From Octopus vulgaris (taxonomy: Eukaryota), in assembly GCA_951406725.2 (NCBI GenBank), contig OX597830.1, positions 62,682,001-62,746,000 of the forward strand: a stretch of 64,000 nucleotides of DNA, in the 5' to 3' direction. Below are positions 24,464 to 37,200 of the stretch, piece after piece (position 1 is the first letter of the stretch; each line of letters opens with the position of its first letter). The position numbers were made by a program, and so were the translations under genes. The notes beneath the pieces are model-generated. The model saw only the letters and a program-made list of their open reading frames with translations. It did not search any database and had not been told where the DNA came from.

Positions 24464-24610
24464 CTGTAACTTCAACAGATCCAATGACGCACTGACATCT
24501 GGTGTGATTATAGATAGTGCCTGCAGAACAAGGTCGAGGTCTCATTCCATGACCAGGGACAAATTCCAGGTAATATCGTCTGTCCTTGTGGAATGGTTTC
24601 AGGTGGCACT
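24464..24610 (-). CDS. Pif/BMSP-like protein, coding exon 4 (ChtBD2/CBM14-like)
   Basis: atacag acceptor; ECHLKPFHKDRRYYLEFVPGHGMRPRPCSAGTIYNHTRCQCVIGSVEVT; GTAAGT donor; phase 1-1; C..GT.Y....C.C motif. Confidence 0.85.
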
Positions 24611-24936
24611 CTGTATAACATTACAAGACAACGATTAATTCTTATTGCATTTAGTGGTCACAGCAGGATTACAGTAGTTTAGTAATGAGGGTTGTGTTAG
24701 AATGGACATGAGAAGACGGGAAAGAAATGAAGCAAGCATGCTCTGTTGAATGTGCTTTTCCATGCTTGCATGGATCGAGCTGAATTTGTTGAGGCACATT
24801 CTCTATGGCTGGATGCTCTTCCTGTCACCAATGCTCACTCGTTTCCAAGCAAGGTGAGATTTCCCTTTGGTTTTTTTTCCTAGAAGACTGGAAACAAAGA
24901 CACTCATTTACAATCACAGCATGATATTAAAACAAG

Positions 24937-24979
<43 letters not shown>

Positions 24980-25396
24980 TGGCTTCCGTGCCAGAGGCAT
25001 TTAAAGGGCACCATTCGAGCGTGATCGTTACCAGCATCGCCTTACTGGCACCTGTGCCGTTGGCATGTGTAAAAAAATTCGAGCAAGGTCATTGCCAGTA
25101 CCGCCTGACTGGGCCCCGTGCTGGTGGCACGTAAAAGCACCCACTACATTCTCGGAGTGGTTGGTGTTAGGAAGAGCATCAAGCTGTAGAAACTCTGCCA
25201 GATCAAGACTGGAGCCTGGTGCAGCCATCTGGTTTACTAGCCCACAGTCAAACCGTCCAACCCATGCTAGCATGGAAAGCGGACATTAAACGACAATGAT
25301 GATGACACACTGTATATATACATACATATACTGTGTGTATCATCATCATCATCATCATTTAACGTCCGCTTTCCATGCTAGCATGGGTTGGACCTG

Positions 25397-25433
<37 letters not shown>

Positions 25434-25923
25434 CATGATCGTTACCAGCCTCACTTTACTGGCACTTGTGCCAGTGTGCAAGTGGCACGTAAAAAAAACA
25501 CCATTTGGGCGTGGCCATTGCCAGTACTGCCTGACTGGCCCTCGTGCTGGTGGCACGTAAAAAGCACCCACTACACTCTCGGGGTGGTTGGCGTTAGGAA
25601 GATCATCCAGCTGTAGAAACTCTGCCAGATCAAGATTGGAGCCCGGTCCAGCCATTTGGTTTGCCAGTCCTCAGTCAAATCGTCCAACCCATGCTAGCAT
25701 GGAAACGGACGTTAAACGATGATGATGATATATGACGGGCTTCTTCCAGTTTCTGTCAACCAAATCCACTCACAATACTTTGATTAGCCTAAGGTTATAG
25801 TAGAAGGCACTTGCCCAAGAAGCTATGCAGTGAGACTGAACCCAAAACCATATGGTTGAAAGCACATTTCTTACCACACAGCCACACGTGTGTGTGTGTA
25901 AAATGAATATAGAGTTCTCTTAC

Positions 25924-26751
25924 CTGGTGGTACATATGATGATGGCGTGAGTTCCTGCTGTTCTCCAAGAGCCTCATCATTGAAATTACCACTTATTTGA
26001 AAATCTCTTGAATTCCCATTCAGAACAGCAGAAGGTCTTTCATTTCTTGCATCCATGATTTCATCTTCACCCTGGCCCTTTGAAAGGAATGGTAAACGTC
26101 CCTGAATATTGTGAACTTTTTGGAAACCATCCTCAAAAAGGTTCTTCTTTGCTGTTGTCACTCCCATGCTTTCAACTGGAAAGAAATCCTGTCGAGTCAA
26201 ATGTGGAGATTCTTGGACCATTCCATTTTCTTTTGTTCCTGTATTGACACCAGATGGAAGGTTTTGGTTACTATTACCAAATGAAGTTGGTCCATTGACC
26301 TGAAACTTATATTCTTGTCCAAATCGTTCACGATTTGGTAATTGTTTATTAGACCTAACAACAGAATCATTAATCAGATTATCTTGAAAATCTTCATTAT
26401 TTCTGCCAACAGACCCTTTTGCTTTCCCACCCTCAAATACACCTGATGCAGCCACATTATGTTCATTTAAGCTGATTTTGGCATTTTCTGGAAATCTTCC
26501 AGATATATTGAGTTTTGGTGAGTTTACTGACAACGAAGCCTCTGCTTTAGAACTGCTCTGTTCAGAGTTGACATGGAATCTATTTTCCAAGTTTTGCTCT
26601 TTGATGGATGAATCTACAGCTTTGACTTTTGCTTTAGCATCTGCAAGATTTTGTCCCTTTTCAAAATCGGTTGTCACCTGAACAGTAGAATCAGTTTGGA
26701 ATTCTTTGTTTTTACCTTCTTGAATGTTTGATTCCACCAAATTTTCTGATT
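25924..26751 (-). CDS. Pif/BMSP-like protein, coding exon 3 (276-aa polar, Cys-free spacer)
   Basis: tatcag acceptor; open frame of 828 nt rich in N/S/E/G/K/Q; GTAAGA donor; phase 1-1. Confidence 0.85.
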
Positions 26752-27729
26752 CTGATAAATAAATGGAATAAACACAATAATTATAAGCCTTTTTTTTTTT
26801 TTACTATAGTCACAAGACTTGACATTTTGGGAATGGGATGAGACATCGATCCCCATCCCTCCACCCCCACCACCATCCTGCATAACTGGTACTTAATTTA
26901 TTGACTCTGAAAGAAGGCAAAGTCGACTCTGGCTGCATTTGAACTCAGAATGTGTAGAAAGACAAAATACCGCTAAGCATTTCATCCAGTGTGCTAACAA
27001 TCCTGCTAGCTTGCCGCCTTAAACACAATAATAATAATCTTTTCTACTCTAGGCACAAGACCCAAAGTTTCTGAGGAGGGGACTAGTTGATTAGATCGAC
27101 CCCAGTATGCAACTGGTATTTAATTTATTAACCCCCCCAAAAGGATGAAAGGCAAAGTTGACCTCAGCGGGATTTGAACTCAGAAAGACAGACAAAATAC
27201 TGCTAAGCATTTCGCCCAGCATGCTAACAATTCTGCCAGCTCACTGCCTTAAACTCAATAATAATAATAATAATAAACACAAAAACACAATAATAAACTT
27301 TTAACAATAGTCATCAATTAAATGATGACGTGTGTGTGCATGCGTGTAGGTGTGTGTGTGTATGGCTTAGTGGTCAGGGCATTCAGCTCACAATCATAAA
27401 GTCACGAAAGTGGTTTCCAGTGGCATGTTGCTTCCTTGAGCAAGACACTTTACTTCACCTTGCTCCAGTCCACTCAGCTGGCAAAAACTAGTTATGTCTG
27501 TAATCCAAAGGGCCAGCCTTGTCACACTGATTATGTGCCACACTGAATCTCCCTGGGAACTGCATTAACAGTATGTCTGTGGAGTACTCAGCCACTTGCA
27601 GGTTAATTTCAAGAGCAATCTGTTCCGCTGATTGGATCAGCTGGAACAATTATCATCATAAACAATAGTTTAGTTTAATCAGCTCTTAATCCCTCAGTAG
27701 ACGTTAATCTATTGATCCATTATACTTAC

Positions 27730-27960
27730 CAGTGTTTAATTCATAGTAATTCCTCGTTTTACTAGTAACCAAATTGTAATTGCTTCTGTTGAACTTGGAT
27801 AAATAGCAAATTTCATAAAGTAAATCAAACTCAAAGGAAATGCATGGCCTGGTTTTGAGACAGAGTTCTGCACACCTGTCTACTGTGTATTGAGAAAAGG
27901 CCCCAAGTTGGCCGCTGCCAGGAAGTGTGTAGGAAACAAGGGGTGTAAAACGGTCAATTC
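27730..27960 (-). CDS. Pif/BMSP-like protein, coding exon 2 (PAN/Apple domain)
   Basis: ttccag acceptor; GIDRFTPLVSYTLPGSGQLGAFSQYTVDRCAELCLKTRPCISFEFDLLYEICYLSKFNRSNYNLVTSKTRNYYELNT (C-x3-C...C.SF.F....C.L...YYE, PAN_1 pattern); GTAAGT donor; phase 1-1. Absent from the ORF track. Confidence 0.88.
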
Positions 27961-28089
27961 CTGGAAATATATAAAAATATATTGAAGTTAAACTTTAAGA
28001 AAAAAATCAAACATGTTAGTATGCCAATGTATGTCTATATATGTGTGTGTATGTAGAGGCGCAATGGCCCAGTGGACGGTCATAGAAAA

Positions 28090-28503
28090 ATATTTAGGAA
28101 AGACTTCTGCCCATCCACCCCAATTTTCTCTCTTTTTTTATTTTTTTTTTTCCAAAAACCCCCATTTTCAGATATGGAGATTCCGGAAAATTGCCAAAAA
28201 AATCAGCATTTTGAAATTTCGCCCCCCCCCCCCCCGCTTCTATTTCTTCATTTTTCACTAACCATAACCCTAACTCTAACTACAAATATTTTTGGAAATT
28301 TTTTCAGTATCATTAATCTCCATATTTTTCTCCAAATTTTGAAAAAAAAAAAGTGGGGGGGGATTTAAAAATGCTGATTTTTGCCAATTTTTTTTGCAGA
28401 TTCATATTCTCAGTAGCCGAAAGTAGGGATTTGTGTAGAAAAAAAATTAAATAAAAAAAGTGGGGTTTTTGGTGGGTACAAAATGAAGTCTTGCCAATAT
28501 TTA
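28090..28503. mobile_element. MITE-like element with internal telomere-like CCCTAA units
   Basis: Imperfect terminal inverted repeats (AATATT.GG.AAGACTTC / GAAGTCTTGCCAATATT) and internal CTAACCATAACCCTAACTCTAAC. Confidence 0.5.
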
Positions 28504-28766
28504 TTATCTTAAATTAGAATGAAATAAAACATTTTCCATTTGTCTAATTCCTATAACCACTCTGTTATTATACTCCCTTTCCTCCTGTCACCAAGCCTAG
28601 TATGTGCACTCATCTTGTACCTTTCTGTATCTCACTTTTACTCTTTCTCCTCTATATATAATATAAAGAGTGACTGAAGAGATCAACCTACCTACATTCA
28701 TATTGGCTTTTATTATATATATTATCATATATGCATGAGCGCGCACACAAACACAGATACACTCAC

Positions 28767-28827
28767 CTGATAAAGCACTGGTTACACCACAGAACATCAG
28801 CAGAATTATTGTCTGAAATGGTTTCAT
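28767..28827 (-). CDS. Pif/BMSP-like protein, coding exon 1 (signal peptide)
   Basis: ACAACATG context; MKPFQTIILLMFCGVTSALS(G) hydrophobic leader; GTGAGT donor, phase 1. An upstream acceptor suggests a further 5' UTR exon. Confidence 0.82.
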
Positions 28828-28943
28828 GTTGTTATATGGCTTGAGTAGATTTCTGTGACCCTATAATGAGGAACTGAAGAAAACATTAAATTTTAGTCAT
28901 AGAAACAGATACAACAATAACAACATCAACAATAAGATACATA

Positions 28944-29336
28944 ACTCTTTTACTTGTTTCAGTCATTTGACTGTGGCCATGCTGGAGCACCGCCTTTAAT
29001 CGAGCAACTCGACCCCAGGACTTATTCTTTTTTGTAAGCCCAGTACTTATTCTATCGGTCTCTTTTGCCGAACCGCTAAGTAACGGGGACATAAACACAC
29101 CAGCATCGGTTGTCAAGCAATGCTAGGGGGACAAACACAGATACACAAACACACACACACACATACATATATACGACGGGCTTCTTTCAGTTTCCGTCTA
29201 CCAAATCCACTCACAAGGCTTTGGTCGGCCCGAGGCTATAGTAGAAGACACTTGCCCAAGGTGCCACGCAGTGGGACTGAACCCAGAACCATGTGGTTGG
29301 TTAGCAAGGTACTTACCACACAGCCACTCCTGCGCC
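28944..29336 (-). mobile_element. Full-length tRNA-derived SINE (family A)
   Basis: Intact head and AAGTAAAAGAGT tail. Near-identical copies at about 31740-32110, 39085-39460, 42184-42572, 48495-48875, 58221-58609, 63058-63412 (-) and 57036-57447, 60421-60793, 61281-61826 (+). Confidence 0.88.
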
Positions 29337-31479
29337 TTTTTATTATCTTTTAAGGCAGCAAGAGCTGGCAGAACTGTTAGCATGATGGGCAAAGTGCTTT
29401 GTGACATTTCATCTGCCTTTATGCTCTGAGTTCAAATGCCAACAGGGTCGATTATGCCTTTCATTCTTTTGGGGTCAATAAACTAAGTACCAGTTGAGTA
29501 CTGGGGTTGATGTAATCGACTTACCCATCTGCCATGAAATTGCTGGCCTTGTGCCAAAATTTGAAATCGTTATTATTAAGGTGGTACAACAGCTGTACTG
29601 TTATATGTCAGTGTATGACTTTGGTAATTCATAGTCTCAGAAATTAAACTACAATCTTCACAAATTCTGATGTTTCAAACCAATGAAGCAGCTCAGGTGT
29701 AGAAGACTTCCTCAACTAAATCTCTTCCCCTGTCTTTACCATGAGCACCACATATTTTGATTAAATTATGAGGGACAGGCATGGCTGTGTAGTTAAGAAT
29801 TTTGTTTTGGGTTCCGTTTCAATGCATGGCACCTAGTGCAAGTGTCTTCTATTGTAGCCTCAAGTGTAGACCAAACTGGTAAGGATATATTCAGTTATGA
29901 TAATCTTAACTAAAGGCTAACATTGTAAAGTACAATGATTATCATCTTCCAATAGAAGTGAAACCGGTCTGTAATAATATTGTTTGGAGTAATTTAATTC
30001 ATTACAATAAAAAAGGAATTGTGCATCTTTTTTTATTATTATTGCTGTATGTGTATATACATACATACATGTTTGTTCCTTCTCGAGCCATGCCTGGCTA
30101 ATAAGGGCCAGTTTCCCAGTTTCCTTGATGTATAGATTCTCCACCTGGATGGGATGCCAGTCCGTCGCAGGTGAGCTGCAAGATGCAGGAGGAAAGAGTG
30201 AGAGAAAGTTGTGTCGAAAGAGTCAGCAGAAGTTCGCCATTGCCTTCTGCCAGAGCCGCGTGGAGCTTAGGTGTTTCGCTCATAATCACACACACATCGC
30301 CGCGATCCCTTGACCGCGAGTCCACTTCTCTAACCACTAGGCCATGTGTCTTCACATACATACATACATACATATATCCAAATATAGAGGTAGGGTCAAA
30401 AATTGAGGGTTGGGTGGGTGGGGGCTAAATGCCAATTTAGAAAAGATAAAAATTTTATCAAAAAGAAAAAAGAAAAACAAAACGTTATTACCAACTGTGA
30501 TGTAGCCAGGGTTGACATACTGAAAGAGGTGGGGAATTTTCTGTTCTGCAGACCTAATTTCAACAATGGCAACACAAAAGATTCAATGGATTGTCAGAGA
30601 AAAAGTATTTCATATGTAATGGATGTACATAAGTAGTTTGTAGCAACTGTATCCAAGGAATAATACTTCTTACCTTGTTAGAAATATCGTGCACACTTTT
30701 TTTTTAAAGCTAAGTCCACATTGTAAAATAGTTGGTGTTTAGAAGGGCATCCAGCTGTAAAAACCATGCCAAAACAGGCCCTGCCAGTGCTGGTGTCACA
30801 TAAAAAGCACTCAGTCGATCTGTAAGGTGGTATGGTGTTAGAAAAGGCATCCAGTCATAAAAAAAACCCCTGCTAAAACAGACTGTGAAGCCTGGTGCAG
30901 TCTTCTTCCAAACCAGCCTCTGTCAAAGAGTCCAACCCATGCCAGCATGGAAAACAGACTTTAAATGATGATGATGACCGAATCAGTTGTAGAGGTGGGT
31001 GTTATAAAAACACACAGTAATCAGAATATGGTGAAGGTGCAAAACTGTTTCAGGGAACCATTACCCGTACCAACAGCAAAGGATTCTCTCTGAGAGTGAA
31101 GGGTGGGCTGTTTGCTGCTTGTGTATGGCATGCAATAGAGTATGGCTGCCTAGTAATGAGGCGCATGTGCTGATGACAGAGGATATATGAAAAGTGTACA
31201 GATATTACGTGAGTATCTTCTGCTGGATGTGAAATGTAGGCATGGCTGAGCGACAGAGTTGTCTTTGCTGCTGGGTACAAGAAAGAAGACTGCAACAATT
31301 TGCATATATGACGTGTAGGAATAATGATAGTTGAGTGAAAGAGTGTCAAATGATGCTGGTAGGAGGAGTCTGTGTAGATGATGGAGATGGAGAATGTAGG
31401 AAGAAGTGATGTAGTTTGATCTTAGAATGTGAAGCATCGCAATGGAGATGATGTAAAATCTTGATGATTGAAAAAACAG

Positions 31480-31514
<35 letters not shown>

Positions 31515-31692
31515 TCAATTTAGGGTAGTAAAAAATTCGATAGAAATTTATCACTACCAGCGGCCCAGTGGAAAAGAAAAATAGTCATGAGACTAAAATG
31601 TAAATATATAACAATTTAGGAATGGCCTTAACAGGCCATTCAGGCTGCTCTGTCTAGTGGACGAATGGCCTGTTAAGGCCATTCCTAAATTG

Positions 31693-31734
<42 letters not shown>

Positions 31735-32109
31735 TCTTACTCTCTTTTACTCTTTTACTTGTTTCAGTCATTTGATTGCAGCCATACTGGAGCACTGCCT
31801 TTAATCGAGCAACTCGACCCCGGGACTTATTCTTTTGTAAGCCTAGTACTTATTCTATCGGTCTCTTTTGCTGAACCGCTAAGTAACGGGGACATAAACA
31901 CACCAGCATCGGTTGTCAAGCAATGCTAGGGGGACAAACACAAACACACACACACACATATATATATATATGACGGGCTTCTTTCAATTTCCGTCTACCA
32001 AATCCGAGGCTATAGTAGAAGACACTTGCCCAAGGTGCCACGCAATGGGACTGAACCCGGAACCATGTGGTTGGGAAACAAGCTTCTTAGCACACACCCA
32101 CTCCTGCGC

Positions 32110-32230
<121 letters not shown>

Positions 32231-32774
32231 AGCACATATATACAAAATGTTTGTGTGTATGCAGTTTCAGGGCTCTAGAAGTATGAAAAATTGTGTCCAA
32301 AAACAAAACTGTACACATAATGAAAATTAAATTAAAGATTATAATCACCTTTTTATAATTTTCTGGTAACTTCTGATTAGAATTATCCCTTTGGGATCCA
32401 CTGCTGAGACAATCTTGTGTGTATGTTTATATACACATATATATATATTTATTTATATATGTGTATATATATATATCATGTACTTAAAACTGTCGATACA
32501 ATACACTAACATATAAAAAACATTTGTGTATATGTTATTATACGCATATAAAGTTATACAGGTGTGTATATTGTATATACCAGTGTATGCAACTGCACTG
32601 GTGTCATACAGATTGTAAACTTTCACGGTATAACAGTCTGTTTTTATACTGTTAAAGGTGTTACCTGGTTGTCTGTCTGTCTGTGTGTCTCTTTGTGCAT
32701 CTCCATTGCATCATGTCTTTCTATCTGCTTCCTTAATCTTGGATTTAAAATTTCAAACTCCCACACAATCCCTC

Positions 32775-32922
32775 TCTCATTCTCTCTGCCTCTCTATCTC
32801 TTCTCATTCTCTCTGCCTCTCTATCTCTTCTCATTCTCTCTGCCTCTCTATCTCTTCTCATTCTCTCTGCCTCTCTATCTCTTCTCTCTCTCTCTGCCTC
32901 TCTATCTCTTCTCTCTCTCTCT
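32775..32922. repeat. 27-bp pyrimidine-rich minisatellite
   Basis: About 5 copies of CTCATTCTCTCTGCCTCTCTATCTCTT. Confidence 0.9.
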
Positions 32923-33611
32923 AATACTTCTTCCACTTTTCCTTCTATTTTCCCAGTTTGTCAGTTCCATTCTTTATCAGGTCTTCATCTCTCATAAATC
33001 ACACGGACCCCTATTCCTCACCCTTCACCCCCCCACCTACATATAAAGTATATCCTCTTCCTCTCTCTCTCCCTCCTTCCTTTTTATTTCCTCATCAATC
33101 ATACATTCTCCCCATCTCCTCCTCTGATTTCACAATCCTCTCTCTCTGTTTCTACCTCCCACCTTTCCTCCTTCACACTTCTACCAGAGTCTCTCCCTCT
33201 TTCGCCTCTCTCTCTATCTCTCAAGTCCCCTCCTCCTCTATTTTTGTCTCCCCCACAACTTCAGTTGTTTTGTGGAGGCCTAATGACTCACACACAACCA
33301 CAAAAACACATGCCCATATCATTGTCATCATCATCATCATCATTTAACATCCATTTTCCCATGCTGGCATGGGTCGGATGACTTGACAAAAACCAACAAG
33401 CTGGAGGACAGTACCAAGTTCCGAGTTCTGCTTTGGCATGGTTTTTACAGCTGCAGGCCCTTTCTAATGCCATCAACTTTACACAGACTACTAGAAGCCT
33501 TTTATATGGCACCAGCACCAGTGAGGTCATCAAATAACTCAGAAGATGAGACTGACCAACAGGGGTAGCTGCAGTATTGAATGGGGTGGCTTTATGCTAG
33601 GTGATGAATGG

Positions 33612-34240
33612 TTAACCCTTTCGTTACTGTATTTATTTTGGGATTTATTTTTATTTTATCTAGTTTCAGCTCACGAGCTGTGGCCATGCTGGGGCACCGC
33701 CATTTGTAAAGGGAATGCTTACAGCACCTAGGTTTCCCAAGCGGTCACCCATCTAAGTACTAACTAGGCTCGATGTTGCTTAACCTCGGTGATCGGATGA
33801 GAAACGGTGCTTTCAACGTGATATGGCTCTGTGTTTATTTCAATTACTTTAAATATAACAAAGAATTTAGTAAAATAACTTAGTTATCATTAAGCTAGTG
33901 TTAGGAACATAAATTGTGACTAAGGCTTGGTGGAAGATTTTAATTCAAAACTTATGGAAACAAGACATTTGTACTCAGAGCCAGAGCTGGTTTCAACCAG
34001 GTTGGTACCAAAAGGGTAAAGGATTGTTTTTGTATTATATATTTTAACCCTTTTGTTATCATATTTCTGTTGAGATGCTCTGTGTTTCTTTCAATTAATT
34101 ATAAATATAACAAAGAATTTAGTAAAATAACTTAGTTATCATTCAGTTAGTGTTAGGAACATAAATTACGACTAAGGTTTGGTGGGAATTCAGAACTTAT
34201 GAAAACAAGACATGTGTACTCAGAGCCAGAGCCGGTTTCA
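33612..34240. mobile_element. Two tandem TTAA-type (piggyBac-like) MITE copies
   Basis: TTAACCCTTT start at 33612 and at about 34044; shared internal sequence; first copy ends AAAAGGGTAA and is interrupted by the 5S-SINE. Confidence 0.6.
33645..33827 (-). mobile_element. 5S rRNA-headed SINE (SINE3-type) / 5S pseudogene
   Basis: 33714-33827 is a 5'-truncated 5S rRNA (GCCATATCACGTTGAAAGCACC...GATGGGTGACCGCTTGGGAA...GTGCTGTAAGC). It is fused to a family-A-like tail GGCGGTGCCCCAGCATGGCCACAG...CTGAAAC plus an A-rich end. Confidence 0.85.
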
Positions 34241-37200
34241 ATGTGTACCGTTAATATGATTCCCAGACAAACTCAGAGAGATGCAAGAGAGACAAGTAGG
34301 ACCTTTTGAATTACAGGTACAATCCCTACAACAAGTGCCTCACATTTCATCAACCCAGGGCCATGGTAAAAAACACTCACCCAAGATGCCATGCAATGGA
34401 AGAGAACCTGGGACCTTGCAATTGTATAACAAATGTCTTAACCATTCAGCTATGCATATCATCTCTGTCCTGCAGTCTCCCACACTTTCTCTCTCCTTCT
34501 CCTGCACTTCCCTTAGGATGGGCAACCATATATTTTCTTTGCGCTTAGCGCACCTGTTTCTATCTTGATCCCTGATCTTTCTCTCGCCGGCTGGGTAACC
34601 TTGTACTTCCTCTTCAGCAAGACACCTGTATCTATCTCACTATAACCTTTTCATCATCACTTCCTCCCCTCTTAAAAGTTTTCGTCTTGCAAGTACTTGG
34701 TGACCCTGTCAGTGCAGATGTTACTTAAAAGCACCCAGTCCATACTGTAAAGTGGTTGGTGTTCAGAAGGGTATCCAGCTGTAAAAACCTTGCCAAAACT
34801 GACCTCGTTTGTGCTTGTGTCATATAAAAAGCACTAGGTCCACTCTGCTGAGTGGTTGGTGTTAGGAAGGGCATCCAGCTGTAAAAATCCTGCAAAAACA
34901 GTCACAGAAGTCCAGTGCAGGCTTCAGCTTGGCTGGTTCTTGTGGTACCTTCCCACCCATGCTAGCATGGAACACGGACGTTAAATGACGATGATGATGA
35001 TATATATATATATATAAAATGAGTAGTATAAGATATAGATTCAGAGAATCATGTGGCTATCACAGTAAGCTCCTCCTATGGACTCCGCTACCAGTCCACA
35101 TCATAATCAATTACAAAGTAGTGTATTGTAAAGTATCCATGTAACTAACACAGTGGTTCTCAACTGGGGTCCATATGTCCCTTTAGGGGTCAATATAAGA
35201 TTTTGCTGTTAAAATTTATCTGCAATAAATTAGTTATACATCAACAATACACAAAATGTTTTAAGAATTATTTTATACAATACAATTCTATATTTAAGAG
35301 ATGAGGAATCATGTACATTATTTACATTTGACGGATATTTGTCCTCATCTTGTTTGTTGTTAACACGTTTCAGCTGATGAAATCAAATAGGGATCGAAAA
35401 GTAGACTAGGGATCAACAGGAGTTGATAAAAATTCAATTATTGAAAAAGTTTAACCTTCAATCTGGTATATGCAATCAAGGAAACTGGATGTTTGAATGA
35501 GAATTCTTCAGCTCTAATATAAGAATCAGTGAAATAAACTTTCACTGAGGTTGCAAATAGGTTCTCAGCTGAATAAAACTCTGGTATATACAGTTGGAGC
35601 AATGTTAAATTAAAATGACCATCTATGGATCATACTTAATGTATTCACACTAGGGATAGGCTTTGAATATACGTCAATGAAAAGGTCTAAGAAGGCGAAA
35701 ATGCATTTGGTATTCTTGCTGGGGTGAGATTTCGTTTCACTTCAATATTTATTGTTTTTAACGCAGCACATCCATAAAAGATGTTATCTCTAGATGAAAA
35801 TCAACTGTAACTGGCCTATCAGCAGTGTACATACATTGAGCATGATACGCAGCTGGCTTTCTTTTTTAAATTTGAATATTTCAATCATATCTAATCTGTG
35901 TCTTGGTGACGGAGGAAAGCTGTCAAAGCCAGAGGGGATTTTACATGAATTTACTGAGCTATTGCAAGGGAGATAACTGTTAACAATAAAGCTTTTTTCA
36001 TGAAGGAGCCTCATTGGAGTCGTTCAACCTGCTAAAAATTGTGATATTTCCCTCATTTTAAACTCTGCACTATTTTTTTTTTTTTTTTTTACAAAAAGGG
36101 ATAAGTAGTACTAGATACAATAAAACATAAATGTTGACCCCGTCTGCTTTAGTGAGTGAGATTGAAGGATAAACGAGATATCGTGGGATAGATAGGGACG
36201 TATATTCCCCCACAAAACCCTATTTACATAATGTAGGTCATCGTAAATAGATAAAGGGATCAATATACATAATAACTTTATTAATGATAGAGAAAAGGAA
36301 GACTATGAGGTCGTAGAAAAGCTTGTGTAACGAGATGTGTAAGAATAATGTCTCCTCACCAAGGATTAGCAGAATCCTAGCAGCTTCAGACGAAATACGT
36401 TTGAGGCTATTTCTCTCAGCTTTTTATGCTATGAGTTCAAATCACGCTGAGACTAAGTTCGCTTTTCATCCCTCCATGGTTGAAAATTAAAGACCAGTCA
36501 ATGGTATTGACGAATTTCTCCACCCTCAAAATTATTTTTATATTTTGTCTTTTACTCGTTTCAGTGGCCAGGCTGGGGCATCACCTCGAAGAGTTTTTCA
36601 GTCGAAAGAATCTACTCAGTATTTATTTCTTTAAACCTGGTACTTATTCCATTGGTCTTTTTCGCCAAACTGCTAAGTTACAGGTATGTAAACACCAAGA
36701 CTGGTTGTCATGCAGTGTTGTGGCACCTTGGACAAATGTCTTCTATTATAGCCTTGGGCTGACCAAAGCCATGTGAGTGCATTTGGTAGACGGAAACTGA
36801 GAGAAGCCTACTGTGTATATAAACACACACATATATACATGATGGGCTTCCTTCAATTTCCAGTTACCAAATCCACTCAGAAGGCTTTGGTCAGCCCAAG
36901 GTTATAACAGAAGACAGTTGCTCGAGGTGCCACATGGCAGGACTGAACTTGGAACCATGTGGTTTAGAAGTCAGCTTCTTACCACGCAGTCACACCTGTT
37001 TTGTGTTAAAATTAAAAACAATTAAGTGTAGGAGGTAATTTTCTAATGAGCTGCATCTGTAGCCCACTTCCTTCCCTTATTACGAAAGGGAAGAATTCAG
37101 GTGTTCTCACTTTGATTTTATTACCATCATTTTGACACACCTGTTGGATAGGTAAATTTACCTGCAAGTTTTAATATCCAGTTTGAAATAGCTGAAAGGC

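Noticed and set aside
33714-33827. Functional 5S rRNA gene
   Set aside because: 5' end missing, no T-run terminator, and fused to a SINE tail.
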